Source: Pseudomonadota bacterium | GTDB lineage: Bacteria; Chloroflexota; UBA5177; JAJPKF01 | NCBI GenBank assembly: GCA_021323865.1 | Contig: JAJPKF010000020.1 | Span: 257,673 to 321,672, forward strand | DNA: 64,000 nt | Direction: 5' to 3' | Shown: piece by piece, positions 37,082 to 46,542 of the stretch | How the letters are laid out: every line of letters starts with the position of its first letter | Numbering within the stretch: the first letter of the stretch is position 1 | The notes under the pieces: generated by a model | The model's input: only the letters and a program-made list of their open reading frames with translations | Told to the model about the DNA's origin: nothing | Databases searched by the model: none | Position numbers and translations under genes: made by a program

Positions 37082-37477
37082 TCACCGCTCGCGCTTGAGC
37101 TTGCGCCAACCTCCCGCACGGTTGTTGGCGATGATCTGTCTGAACATGGTCGAGAGTGCGCGTGCGTTGATGGTGCCGTCCTGGCGAACGGCAACCGTGC
37201 GCGCCGTCTGGTTGCCGTGGCCGCCCGTAATGATTCCTTCCGGGTCCGGGACGATGGCGCCGTCGTAGAGGAAGATGTTCACGTGGTCCTTCGCAGCCAC
37301 CAGAGCGCAGATGTTCCCCTGAAGCACAAAGTACGGATACCTGCTCCGCTTGATCGTCTCCGTTACCTCGGGATCGGCACCGTGGACGAGATCACGCACC
37401 CCGTAACAGATCGTTTGCTGCCAATCCGGCAGGGTCTCGATGTAGGCATCGACGAGCGGGTCTCGTTCGTAGGTCAC
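37082..37477 (-). CDS. DUF1801/YdhG-like protein
   Basis: DAYIETLPDWQQTICYGVRDLVHGADPEVTETIKRSRYPYFVLQGNICALVAAKDHVNIFLYDGAIVPDPEGIITGG fits the YdhG-like pattern. Confidence 0.6.
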   Translation of the reverse strand: MTYERDPLVDAYIETLPDWQQTICYGVRDLVHGADPEVTETIKRSRYPYFVLQGNICALVAAKDHVNIFLYDGAIVPDPEGIITGGHGNQTARTVAVRQDGTINARALSTMFRQIIANNRAGGWRKLKRER

Positions 37478-38460
37478 ATTGTGTCCGACATCTGATCGGC
37501 CTCATTCTGCTGGGCTGCCTGGGCCTTCCGTCCGGGTACAAAGTTCATGTCCGTCCGCCTACCGCGGAAGTGAACTGTGTCGCCGACGGTGACGATGGTT
37601 TCTTGGAACGGAATCCAGCTCTCGCCCATGATCCGCGTGCGGCCACTTGTATCCGGCCTGATCCAGATCGGTGAGCCTGCCGGCCTCAGGCCCGCGAGCG
37701 GCTTGATCATGCTTCGTTCGCCGGTATTCTGATCGATCGCGGTCACCTCGCATCGATCGCATGGCTTGGCCTGGCAGACCTTCACGCCGTTGACGACGAC
37801 TTGCGTGTAGTCGTGGATGGCCCACAAGGGAAGCCCGTCCAGGAGAAGCTGATAACGGAACCTGTTGGGATCCGGAGCGGTACCGCTCGCAGCGAAGGCC
37901 GCCTCGGCATCACCCAGCATCACCGCGTGGACCGGGTAGCCGTCCTGGGCGCGTAGCGGGTTATTGTTCTCCATGAAGTACGTCGCCGTCATCCGGTTCC
38001 ATGGTCCGGCCGTTCGGACCACACTGACCGCCCGGCCCAGATGCTCGGTCAGCCAGCGAGACAGTACCGGGACTTCCAACGCCTGTCCCCGGTACTTGAA
38101 AAGCCGTACGGGAATCGCCCTGGCCGGATCATCCTTGTCCGGTCCAGGATCCAAGACCTCATCCTTGCCCTCGAACGTGAAGCTCAGACCAGCGTCCCCC
38201 AGGGAGGGACGTATCAGAGCCAGCTTGGGAGATCCCGGAAAGTGCAGGCCCAAGGAAGGAACCAGCCGCGTCCGCTGCGTGATAAAGGAGTGATCACCGT
38301 CGGGATTGGGACGCGCATCGACGACAAACAGGGAGTGATCCAACACCCGCCCGTCCATGCTTTCCAGCCCCGAGCGCGTCATACGCGCTCGGCTCAGCTT
38401 GACCGCGCCTCCTCCCTTGATCGGTTGAATCTGGATGTCGACGATTCGCGCCTGAGGCAT
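37474..38460 (-). CDS. MOSC-domain protein (MOSC N-terminal beta-barrel + MOSC); start at ATG 38460 (MPQARIVDIQIQPIKGG); the ORF-track start at 38835 is too long
   Basis: Opens with IQPIKGG, as MOSC N-terminal beta-barrel domains do. C-terminal ...GDAEAAFAASGTAPDPNRFRYQLLLDG...CQAKPCDRCEVTAIDQNTGER has the MOSC conserved Cys. Confidence 0.7.
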   Translation of the reverse strand: MPQARIVDIQIQPIKGGGAVKLSRARMTRSGLESMDGRVLDHSLFVVDARPNPDGDHSFITQRTRLVPSLGLHFPGSPKLALIRPSLGDAGLSFTFEGKDEVLDPGPDKDDPARAIPVRLFKYRGQALEVPVLSRWLTEHLGRAVSVVRTAGPWNRMTATYFMENNNPLRAQDGYPVHAVMLGDAEAAFAASGTAPDPNRFRYQLLLDGLPLWAIHDYTQVVVNGVKVCQAKPCDRCEVTAIDQNTGERSMIKPLAGLRPAGSPIWIRPDTSGRTRIMGESWIPFQETIVTVGDTVHFRGRRTDMNFVPGRKAQAAQQNEADQMSDTM

Positions 38461-38641
38461 TCCGTATTCTAGGCAAGAGCACACCCGTTCCGAAGCAGGC
38501 GCCAAGCCATTACCGCCGACAGCACAGAGCAAAAGATGCGGCCTGCCCCTCCGGAGATCAGGACCACGTGTGGAGACCAACTCGGGACCGAGGCCGTGCC
38601 GAGCTGTGGAGCTTGAACGAAGGATGCGTCTTCGAGCCCCA

Positions 38642-39832
38642 ATGACGACGTACGCCGGCGCGCTCGTGGGCCTGTCTCTGGGAGCCGCTCTCACCGCCCA
38701 CGCCTTGTCGTGGAAGGCTCGGACGCACCTCAGCCCTCCCCGGCTGCACGTCCAGGGGCACCTGCTCGTGAATCGCGCCGGTCGGCCGGTGTTGCTCCAT
38801 GGTGTCAACCGGTCGGGTACGGAGTACGCCTGCATTCAGAACACCGGCATCTTCGATGGTCCCAGCAATGCGGCGTCCGTTGGCGCGATGGCGGCGTGGC
38901 ATGTCAATGCCGTGCGCCTGCCCCTCAATGAGGACTGCTGGCTCAACGTGAATACGAGAGGGATTGATCGCCGCTATGTCGGGGCACGGTATCGACGGGC
39001 AATCGTGCGCTATGTCAGACTCCTCAATCGCTATGGCATGGATGTTCTGGTGAATCTGCACTGGAGCGGCCCCGGCAAGCTGAGGGCCCTGGGCCAGCAG
39101 CCCATGGCCGATGCTGACCACACTCCGGCATTCTGGCGCAGCGTCGCCGCCACGTTCCGGAAGAACCCCTTCGTGCTGTTCGACCTCTACAACGAGCCCT
39201 ATCCCGACGCCGATCGGGACACAGCCCGCGCCTGGTATTGCTGGCTCCATGGAGGGCAGGGACATGAGGCCGGGAGTAAACGGGTATGTCCGGGGGTTAC
39301 CTATTACAATGCCGCCGGGCGCGATACGCGGCGGACCTATCGGGCAGTGGGCATGCAATCGCTGATCAACGTCGTGCGGAGAGCAGGAGCGCGTCAGGTC
39401 CTCGTGGCGGACGGCGTGTCATATGCCGACTCGCTTTCGGGCTGGCTGACCCACCGGCTGCACGATCCGCTCCATAATCTCGCCGCCGGCTGGCACCCCT
39501 ACAACTTCAACATCTGTGGCGATTCGGTCCACTGTTGGAAGCGTCACGTCGCCCCGGTTACCCATCGGGTGCCGCTGATAGCAGGCGAGCTTGGCGAGGA
39601 CGACTGCAGCGGTCGGTACATCAACCGCGTCATGTCCTGGCTCGATCGGCATCAGGCGAGCTACCTCGCCTGGACCTGGGACACCTGGTATGGCGATCGC
39701 TGCCGCCCGAACCTGGGGCCGGACGGTGACATCAGTGTGATCTCCAGCTACAGCGGGAAACCATATCCCGGCATGGGCGTGGCCTACAAGCGGCACCTGG
39801 CCTGCCTGGCCCGCCGTACCGCGACCTGCTGA
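38642..39832 (+). CDS. Secreted glycoside hydrolase family 5 (cellulase/endoglucanase-like); start at ATG 38642 with signal peptide MTTYAGALVGLSLGAALTAHA
   Basis: NRAGRPVLLHGVNRSGTEYAC, AMAAWHVNAVRLPLNEDCWL, NLHW, FDLYNEPY (acid/base NEP), IAGELGEDDCSG (nucleophile). Confidence 0.8.
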   Translation: MTTYAGALVGLSLGAALTAHALSWKARTHLSPPRLHVQGHLLVNRAGRPVLLHGVNRSGTEYACIQNTGIFDGPSNAASVGAMAAWHVNAVRLPLNEDCWLNVNTRGIDRRYVGARYRRAIVRYVRLLNRYGMDVLVNLHWSGPGKLRALGQQPMADADHTPAFWRSVAATFRKNPFVLFDLYNEPYPDADRDTARAWYCWLHGGQGHEAGSKRVCPGVTYYNAAGRDTRRTYRAVGMQSLINVVRRAGARQVLVADGVSYADSLSGWLTHRLHDPLHNLAAGWHPYNFNICGDSVHCWKRHVAPVTHRVPLIAGELGEDDCSGRYINRVMSWLDRHQASYLAWTWDTWYGDRCRPNLGPDGDISVISSYSGKPYPGMGVAYKRHLACLARRTATC

Positions 39833-39879
39833 TCGGTGGACGGAGGCGCCCAGCCCTGGGCTCCGCAAGGGGTTTAGGC

Positions 39880-40215
39880 TCAGCCGACGCTCTTCTGAAG
39901 CTCCCACGCGGCCTCGATCGCGTCTTCGATAGCTCCTCGGACCCCGTCCGTGAGATCGGCAATGACCATCATGTGCTTCCGGTACCGCTTCGGCACGCTG
40001 AAGGTTTGGGGAAATTGCCAGAGGATCGCATCACGGTATTCGAAGTCGGCTCGAATCACAATGTGTCTCTCGTCCAAGGCCCGGACCACCAGCCTGCCCT
40101 GGTATCGCCACTCGGGAAGCCCTCTCGGTTCGGTGGTGCGAACGCCAGGGAGCGTCGAGGCGAACCTGGCAACGTCTTCGATATCTACGGCAGGACTCCG
40201 GGTCGAAACGTAGGT
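39880..40215 (-). CDS. YjbR/MmcQ-like small protein; start unclear (no in-frame ATG; AAGGAG at ~40225)
   Basis: Minus-strand frame reads ...DIEDVARFASTLPGVRTTEPRGLPEWRYQGRLVVRALDERHIVIRADFEYRDAILWQFPQTFSVPKRYRKHMMVIADLTDGVRGAIEDAIEAAWELQKSVG, the YjbR pattern. Confidence 0.45.
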   Translation of the reverse strand, partial: TYVSTRSPAVDIEDVARFASTLPGVRTTEPRGLPEWRYQGRLVVRALDERHIVIRADFEYRDAILWQFPQTFSVPKRYRKHMMVIADLTDGVRGAIEDAIEAAWELQKSVG

Positions 40216-40261
40216 TTGCTCCTTATAGCTGATGCATGTTGACCTCCTGCGGCATCTGTGA

Positions 40262-40930
40262 TTGAATGAACATATGACCGACCAGTCAGTCAGTTCTAGT
40301 CCGGCTGTGGACTCAGCCGGCGTGCGAAAGGCGCGTATCCGAGAGGAACGACGTCAGGCGATTCTGGATGCCGCCATTCCCTTGTTTGCCGCCAATGGCT
40401 TCTCGGATACCGGAATCTCGGAGATTGCACAGGCCGCCGGTATGAGCCATGGCACCGTCTTTCTCTACTTCCGAAACAAAGAGGCGCTCTTTTTCTCGGC
40501 CGTCGTCGAGCCGCTCCGGGATATGGAGCGAGCGTTCAGCTTCGAGGAGACCGAGGGAAGACCGCTGCAGCGGCTCCAGCAAGTGATCGCTAACCATGTC
40601 AGATTCGTGGCCCATCACCGCGACTATCTGCGCCTCGTGCAGTACGTCCTTGGCCACTATGAACGTTTTCAGGATTCGGCCACGGAAGTCTTGGCGCAAA
40701 CGGAGCGGTACGGCGAATCGCTGGTGGCGCTGATTCGGGATGGCCAGCGGGCGGGACAACTGGTCCCCGGTGATGCCCACGCCACAGCGCTCGCCTATCT
40801 TGGCTACATCAATGGTATCGGCTTGGTGGTGGATGTGCGTGGGAACCAAGAGTCTCCAATCTGGGACGCCATGGCCGGCCTTGGCCTCCGCCTCTTCGGT
40901 CCGACGAACATGAGCGACGGGACGAAATGA
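40262..40930 (+). CDS. TetR-family transcriptional regulator
   Basis: RRQAILDAAIPLFAANGFSDTGISEIAQAAGMSHGTVFLYFRNKEALF. Confidence 0.8.
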   Translation: MNEHMTDQSVSSSPAVDSAGVRKARIREERRQAILDAAIPLFAANGFSDTGISEIAQAAGMSHGTVFLYFRNKEALFFSAVVEPLRDMERAFSFEETEGRPLQRLQQVIANHVRFVAHHRDYLRLVQYVLGHYERFQDSATEVLAQTERYGESLVALIRDGQRAGQLVPGDAHATALAYLGYINGIGLVVDVRGNQESPIWDAMAGLGLRLFGPTNMSDGTK

Positions 40931-41613
40931 CCATCATCGAGAACCCTGCACAGTCGGGTCAGACGGATGCAGAAATGGCAACCGGAGCTGCTGCCTTGGA
41001 AGTCCCCACGGTTGGGGTACTCCAGGTGCTCTTCGGAAACCGCTGGGCACTCCTGCTCGACTTCGTGCTTCCCGTTGTCGGTTACCAGGTGCTGGCCAGT
41101 CGCGGGGCCTCTCCAACCATGGCCCTGAGCCTCACGACTGTCTTTCCCATCGCTGGCATCCTCGGCAGCTGGTTCCGTGAGCGGAGGCCGGATATTCTGG
41201 GCATCATCAGTCTGCTGTTCATCGTGGCAGGGCTGGCAGCGACCATGGTCACGGGGGATCCCCGCCTCACCCTCATGAAGGGGTCCATCATCACTGGTGC
41301 ATTCGGATTGGCGTTTCTTGCATCGCTGTTACTGCCGCGACCGTTGGCCTTTTACCTGGGACGGCGGATGATGACCGGAGGGAAGCCGGACCTCATGTCG
41401 CGCTGGGATGCGCTTTGGGAGTATCCACGATTCCGGTACGGAAATCGCGTCGTCTCCATGGTGTGGGGTTTCGGGCTGATCGTCGAAGCGCTCCTCCGGG
41501 TCGTCCTCGCCCTGAGCCTTACCACCTCGACATTCGTCTGGCTGTGGTCGGTACTGAGCTACGGGATCTACGCGTCGCTGCTCGTCTGGACGGTCTGCTA
41601 TGCCCGTCGCTGA
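40927..41613 (+). CDS. VC0807/DUF3159-like polytopic membrane protein (ATGA-coupled to the TetR gene)
   Basis: Five or six helices with ...RRPDILGIISLLFIVAGLAATMVTGDPRLTLMKGSIITGAFGLAFL...WDALWEYPRFRYGNRVVSMVWG. Paralog of 59986-60660. Confidence 0.6.
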   Translation: MTIIENPAQSGQTDAEMATGAAALEVPTVGVLQVLFGNRWALLLDFVLPVVGYQVLASRGASPTMALSLTTVFPIAGILGSWFRERRPDILGIISLLFIVAGLAATMVTGDPRLTLMKGSIITGAFGLAFLASLLLPRPLAFYLGRRMMTGGKPDLMSRWDALWEYPRFRYGNRVVSMVWGFGLIVEALLRVVLALSLTTSTFVWLWSVLSYGIYASLLVWTVCYARR

Positions 41614-41639
41614 TCTGACCGTGAACCGACAACCGAACG

Positions 41640-42143
41640 ATGCCGGCCATGATAAGGGGATGCCTTCGCTTCAGCACCACGCGGCGCGGTTCGAGTGATG
41701 GGACGGTGAAACCCCGCATCCACGTCATCACCCTGGCGGTCCATGATCTCGAGCGTTCTCTCCGCTTCTATCGCGACGGGCTCGGTCTGGCGTCGGGCCG
41801 GATCATCGGCACGGAGTTTCACGAAACGGAAACTACACCAGCTGGTGCCATCGCATTGTTCGAGCTTGACCGCGGACTGTTTCTCTGTCTCTACCCCTGC
41901 TCGGATCTTGCCAAGGACGCCGGGATACCCATTCAGGGTGCGGTGTCGGGGCAGTTCAGCCTGGGGCACGCGGTCAAGTCTCGGGAGGAAGTGGATGCGG
42001 TGCTGGCCGGGGCCGTGGCCGCCGGGGCCACGCTGACCGACGAGCCGCACGACCGTCCGTGGGGAATCTACAGTGGTTACTTCAAAGACCCGGACGGTCA
42101 CCTTTGGGAGGTCATCTGGAACCCGGCCCTCGAAGACGTGTGA
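41640..42143 (+). CDS. VOC (glyoxalase-fold) protein; start may be GTG ~41709
   Basis: IHVITLAVHDLERSLRFYRDGLGL...DPDGHLWEV. Confidence 0.7.
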   Translation: MPAMIRGCLRFSTTRRGSSDGTVKPRIHVITLAVHDLERSLRFYRDGLGLASGRIIGTEFHETETTPAGAIALFELDRGLFLCLYPCSDLAKDAGIPIQGAVSGQFSLGHAVKSREEVDAVLAGAVAAGATLTDEPHDRPWGIYSGYFKDPDGHLWEVIWNPALEDV

Positions 42144-42316
42144 GGGATCTGAGTGACCGGTTCACGAACCCTCATTTCGATGGTGGTCTCCACACACATG
42201 GGGGTGCTGAACGAGTTCCATCAGCGGGCGGGGCCCGCTCGTCCCCTGTGGTCTGAACCCACTTCGCTGCGTGGGGAAGCCCATTTGAGAGTCAGCCACT
42301 CAAACAGAGAGGGAGG

Positions 42317-42733
42317 ATGCCGATGAAGGTAACACGACAAACGAAACCCACCGGCACCGGCCCGAAGGAATGGTTCACCGGCTCGGTGTACATCGATCCC
42401 ATCGCCGAACCCACCGATGGTCACGGCCTCAGCGCGAGCAGCGTTCACTTCACGCCGGGCGCTCGGACCGCCTGGCACACCCATCCCAAGGGCCAGACGA
42501 TATTCGTGGTCGAGGGCGTGGGCCTCGCCCAGCGTCGAGGCGGCTCCATCGAAGTGATCCGTCCCGGTGACCGCGTCTTTTTCGAACCAGGCGAAGAGCA
42601 CTGGCACGGCGCCGCGCCCGATCGCTTCATGGTCCACATCGCCATGCTCGAGGTTGACGAGCAGGGCAACGCGGCGAGCTGGCTCGAACACGTCGACGAG
42701 CAGGAGTACGCCAGGGCGGCCCTGGAACGCTAG
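42317..42733 (+). CDS. Cupin-domain protein
   Basis: SVHFTPGARTAWHTHPKGQTIFVVEGVGLAQRRGGSIEVIRPGDRVFFEPGEEHWHGA has the two-His cupin motifs. GGGAGGATGCCG ATG Shine-Dalgarno. Confidence 0.7.
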   Translation: MPMKVTRQTKPTGTGPKEWFTGSVYIDPIAEPTDGHGLSASSVHFTPGARTAWHTHPKGQTIFVVEGVGLAQRRGGSIEVIRPGDRVFFEPGEEHWHGAAPDRFMVHIAMLEVDEQGNAASWLEHVDEQEYARAALER

Positions 42734-42816
42734 TCGCACAGACCCGACCCTGCGGCTTGGCAGCCGGCCGTGGGGCCTTGTGCAGAGCTGTCACCGCCGC
42801 AAGGATAGGCGGGTAG

Positions 42817-44535
42817 ATGGCGCCGAAGAGCCTAACGCTACTCGCCTTCGCCATCCATTGGGCTATGTCCGACGAGGCGCCGACCCGCAACTCTGAGTGG
42901 AGGGGAGCAGCCCTCCGGACACCGGTTGAGGCGGACGAGCTGAAGCGCTTTGGGGTGCTGCAGGGCGCGATGCATCTTCCCGCATCGCTACCAAATCCAG
43001 GCACATCACGGAGATCCCTGACGAACGCAGAAGCCCTGCCGGCCGGCGCCACACCTAAAAGCGTTGCGACATCCGCGCCGCGTCCGCGACTTCTGGCAAC
43101 TCCCCGCACCACCCGGTACAGCCGCGATTCGGTTCTGGCTCCCCTGGTCGTCGTGGCCGTCGCTTCCATCTGGGCAGTTCTCCAAAGGTTCGACGCTCAC
43201 TACATCTCCTTCTCGGATGGCGTCTACACCTATATCGCCGCAGCGGTGGCCCGATCAGGGCCTGCGATTCTCTACCACCGGGTGGTTCTGTCGCAGCCGC
43301 CCGGAGTCGTGCTCTTCGGCGCAATGATCTGGAGACTCTCCCCGGCCGTCTCGTCGATCCGGTTGGCCCTGGCGGCGCTGCTCGTCACTACGGGCCTGTT
43401 GACGTACGCGCTCGCGCGAGTGCTCGGCCTGGGACGGCCGGCCGCTGTGGTGGCGGCAGCGGTGGCCGTCACGGCGCCGCTTCGGGCGCAATACGGCGGA
43501 CTCGACGGCGAGGCCTTTCTGTCGCCTCTGGCGCTGGCGCTGACCATCCTCACCTCGCGTTCTCGCACGGGAGTGGCAGGCCTGCTCGTCGGGCTGGGGT
43601 TCCTGTTCAAGCTGACCTGGGCCCCATTCGCGTTGGCGGGGCTGGTTGCCATCGGGGCCGAGGCCGGTCCTCGCGCCGCGCTTCGCTCCGCCGGCCTGGC
43701 GTTCCTGAGCGCGTCGACGCTGGTTTCGATCGGCATCCTGGCATTCGGCTGGCACACGGGAGACATGCTGAAACAGGCGGTTCTGGGTGAATCCGGCAGC
43801 GGGCTGCAGTTGGCGCTCCTGCCCGGTATCCTGATCATCGTGGTTCTGAGCTGGTGGTCGCTGGGCATTCCCGCCATGGCCGGACGCTTCGCGCTTGACC
43901 GATCATCTCGCCTCATGGCGGTTGCCGGCTTGTTCTCGGGACTGCTCATGCTCAAGCAGGGCACCTTTCTCAACGTGCTCATCCCGCTCGAGCCGTTTGT
44001 GGCGATCGCCGCAGTCGCGGGCACTCTGCAGCTGTGGGGACGTGCCACTGCGCGAAGCCGGGCTCTCGCCGGCATCTGCATGGTGTTCGTCGTGCTGCAC
44101 ACCGTCAGCCTTGCCTCAGGTGCGGGACGGTCCGCCCTCCCCGTCCCCATCGGCGCCGCCATCCTCAACACGCATGACGGCGCTCAGATCGCGCGAGCCG
44201 CCGCAGCGGTCGATGCCGGCACCAAGCCAGGTCAACGAGTGTTCGTCAACCCGCTGATCGCCGTGGCCGCGCACAGACGGGAACTGGACGATCAAGCCGA
44301 TTGGTTCATCCTTCACGCAATGTCGCGATCCTGCCAAGGCCGTGGCGCACAGTGCACTGAGTGGAGACGGCTGGGCCGGGCGATTGCCGATGCAGAGCCC
44401 GCAGCCGTCGGCATCGACGCGAACGTCCGCAGCTTCGACCCCACCTTCGCCTCCGGCCTTCCTCGACGGCGCTATCGTGCGGCATTTCGGGTGGATGCTC
44501 CTCCGCTGCATACCGTGATCTACGTGGCTCGATGA
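42817..44535 (+). CDS. Large polytopic membrane protein, GT-C-like (DUF2029/mannosyl- or arabinosyl-transferase-like); real start probably ~43120
   Basis: 11 or more hydrophobic helices (VLAPLVVVAVASIWAVL ... ICMVFVVLHTVSLA) with acidic loop motifs. The first ~100 ORF-track residues are non-membrane and Ala/Pro-rich. Confidence 0.5.
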   Translation: MAPKSLTLLAFAIHWAMSDEAPTRNSEWRGAALRTPVEADELKRFGVLQGAMHLPASLPNPGTSRRSLTNAEALPAGATPKSVATSAPRPRLLATPRTTRYSRDSVLAPLVVVAVASIWAVLQRFDAHYISFSDGVYTYIAAAVARSGPAILYHRVVLSQPPGVVLFGAMIWRLSPAVSSIRLALAALLVTTGLLTYALARVLGLGRPAAVVAAAVAVTAPLRAQYGGLDGEAFLSPLALALTILTSRSRTGVAGLLVGLGFLFKLTWAPFALAGLVAIGAEAGPRAALRSAGLAFLSASTLVSIGILAFGWHTGDMLKQAVLGESGSGLQLALLPGILIIVVLSWWSLGIPAMAGRFALDRSSRLMAVAGLFSGLLMLKQGTFLNVLIPLEPFVAIAAVAGTLQLWGRATARSRALAGICMVFVVLHTVSLASGAGRSALPVPIGAAILNTHDGAQIARAAAAVDAGTKPGQRVFVNPLIAVAAHRRELDDQADWFILHAMSRSCQGRGAQCTEWRRLGRAIADAEPAAVGIDANVRSFDPTFASGLPRRRYRAAFRVDAPPLHTVIYVAR

Positions 44536-44710
44536 CTGCCATGCCCCTTCGCGATGATCGTCTCTCGCATCAGCTCGGCGTGTGAAGTGACCGGGTCTGT
44601 CGCATCGAGCACCGGTTTCGGCTAGAGTAGGACGCCGAGGCTGCCCGCCGGTATCGCCGGACGGTCCACTTCAATCGCTCGAAAGGAAGCTGGTAGCAGG
44701 TCGCCTTCGG

Positions 44711-46369
44711 ATGGGTCGGTCAATGGATTGGATGGGTAGCTCAGAAGACGCCCCCCGGGAGCGGCCGAAGGCGACGGCTGATACGACGACATCCCGGAGG
44801 GATCCGGAGGCGGCCCGACTACGCCTGGCCGACATTCTGGCCGCCCTGTCAATTTCCACGGATCTGGGGCATGGTCAAGCTCCTGAGACTGCGATGCGTG
44901 TCTGTGTTGTGGCCATGCGCCTGGCGGACCTCCTCGGTTTGAGTGCGGGCGACCGGGCTTGCATCTACTTCGCCGCCCTGCTGCGTCACATCGGCTGCAC
45001 CGCCTACGCCCACGAAGAAGCGGAGCTGTTCGCTGGTGATGAGATCTCGATACGCGGCGGCGTGGCGCCTCTCGACACCGCCAATCCACGGGAGATCGTC
45101 GGCTTTACGATTTCGAACGTCGGGTCTCACCTCGCGCCGTTGCCACGTGCTGTGGCGGTAGCGAAGGCGTTGACCCGCACGCCTCGAACCATGAGTGACC
45201 TCGCCGCGTCGAACTGCGAGGTGGGGTCGATGATGGCGCGCCGCCTCGATCTTCCGGACTCCGTACAGACCGCGCTGAATCAGGTCTATGAGCGTTGGGA
45301 CGGCAAGGGCTGGCCCCGGCGCCTCTCAGGCGAGGGTCTGTGCCTCGCTGTGCGCGTCGTTACGGTTGCGGACGCCGGCATTGCCCTGGTTGATGCTGCG
45401 GGCGTAGAGCCTGCTCGAGACGCGGTGGGCAGGCGTGCCGGAGGGATGCTCGACCCGGAGATCGCGGCCACCTTCTCGCATCATTGCTCGAGCATTCTGG
45501 AGCAGCCTCATGAGGAGGACACCTGGGAAACCGTACTGGCTTCTGAACCGGAGCCGTATCGCACTGCGGGTGAGACGCGGCTGGACGGCATCTGCCGCGC
45601 GTTCGCCGACATGGCCGACCTGAAGCTAACGTTCACGCGTGGCCACTCATCCGAGGTAGCACGCCTGTCGGCCGGCGCGGCCTCGCATCTTGGGCTGGAT
45701 CCGACCGAGGCGGCGAACGTAACGCGCGCGGCCTTCCTCCACGACCTGGGCCGTGTCGCCATTCCGAACGGTGTGTGGGAAAAGGCCGGCCGGCTTTCAG
45801 CCTCCGATTGGGAACGAGTGCGCCTCCATCCCTACTACTCCGAGCGAATCCTGTGTCGCTCGGGCGCGCTGGCCCACCTGGGTCCCATTGCCGGCATGCA
45901 CCATGAGCGGCAGGACGGCAGCGGATACCACCGCCAGCTCTCCAAAGCGGCGATACCACTGCCCGCGCGGGTCCTTGCGGCCGCGGATACATACCAGGCG
46001 CTGACGAGCGACCGGCCCTACCGCGTTGCGTGTGATGCGAGCGAGGCTGCTTTGATGATGGAAACGGAGGTGGCAGAAGGAAGGCTGGACGCGCAAGCGG
46101 TTGCCGCCGTGTTGACAGCCGCGGGCCATTCGAAGAAGACGCGATCGGCCTGGCCGGATGGTCTGACCGATAGGGAGGTGGAAGTCCTAAGGCTCATTGC
46201 CCGAGGCGCCTCGCAGAAGGAGGTTGGCCGTCAGCTGGTGATTTCACACCGTACGGCCGCCCACCACATCCAGCACATTTACGACAAGGTGGGCGTCGCC
46301 ACGCGGGCGGCGGCAGCCATGTATGCCATGGAGCATGATTTGCTGGCGGAAGCTCGCTGGCGACCCTGA
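44711..46369 (+). CDS. HD-GYP-type (GYP to GYH variant) phosphohydrolase-like domain(s) fused to a C-terminal LuxR-type HTH
   Basis: First HD-like region ...AALLRHIGCTAYAHEE. Second: HDLGRVAIP...RLHPYYSERIL...MHHERQDGSGYHRQL (HHExxDGxGYP consensus with P replaced by H). C-terminus REVEVLRLIARGASQKEVGRQLVISHRTAAHHIQHIYDKVGV is the LuxR/GerE HTH. Confidence 0.7.
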   Translation: MGRSMDWMGSSEDAPRERPKATADTTTSRRDPEAARLRLADILAALSISTDLGHGQAPETAMRVCVVAMRLADLLGLSAGDRACIYFAALLRHIGCTAYAHEEAELFAGDEISIRGGVAPLDTANPREIVGFTISNVGSHLAPLPRAVAVAKALTRTPRTMSDLAASNCEVGSMMARRLDLPDSVQTALNQVYERWDGKGWPRRLSGEGLCLAVRVVTVADAGIALVDAAGVEPARDAVGRRAGGMLDPEIAATFSHHCSSILEQPHEEDTWETVLASEPEPYRTAGETRLDGICRAFADMADLKLTFTRGHSSEVARLSAGAASHLGLDPTEAANVTRAAFLHDLGRVAIPNGVWEKAGRLSASDWERVRLHPYYSERILCRSGALAHLGPIAGMHHERQDGSGYHRQLSKAAIPLPARVLAAADTYQALTSDRPYRVACDASEAALMMETEVAEGRLDAQAVAAVLTAAGHSKKTRSAWPDGLTDREVEVLRLIARGASQKEVGRQLVISHRTAAHHIQHIYDKVGVATRAAAAMYAMEHDLLAEARWRP

Positions 46370-46542
46370 GCGCGCGGCTCCATCGGGACTACCGAATGCC
46401 CTCGAGCGGCGCCGGCCGGTTGACACGGCTCATCCGGGAAATGGGCCAAATGACCGATGAATCGAGGACTCATTTCCGCCTACGCTGGTCCTATGCGCAT
46501 CGAGACGATGTGGCAAATTCACGATGAGATAGGAGCAGAACA

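Noticed and set aside
38461-38835. 5' extension of the MOSC ORF in the track
   Set aside because: The conserved MOSC N-terminal beta-barrel begins at MPQARIVDIQ (ATG 38460). The upstream 125 codons are Arg/Pro-rich and overlap the GH5 promoter/signal-peptide region on the other strand.
43272-44171. 299-aa minus-strand ORF
   Set aside because: Antisense to the polytopic membrane protein 42817-44535; low-complexity.
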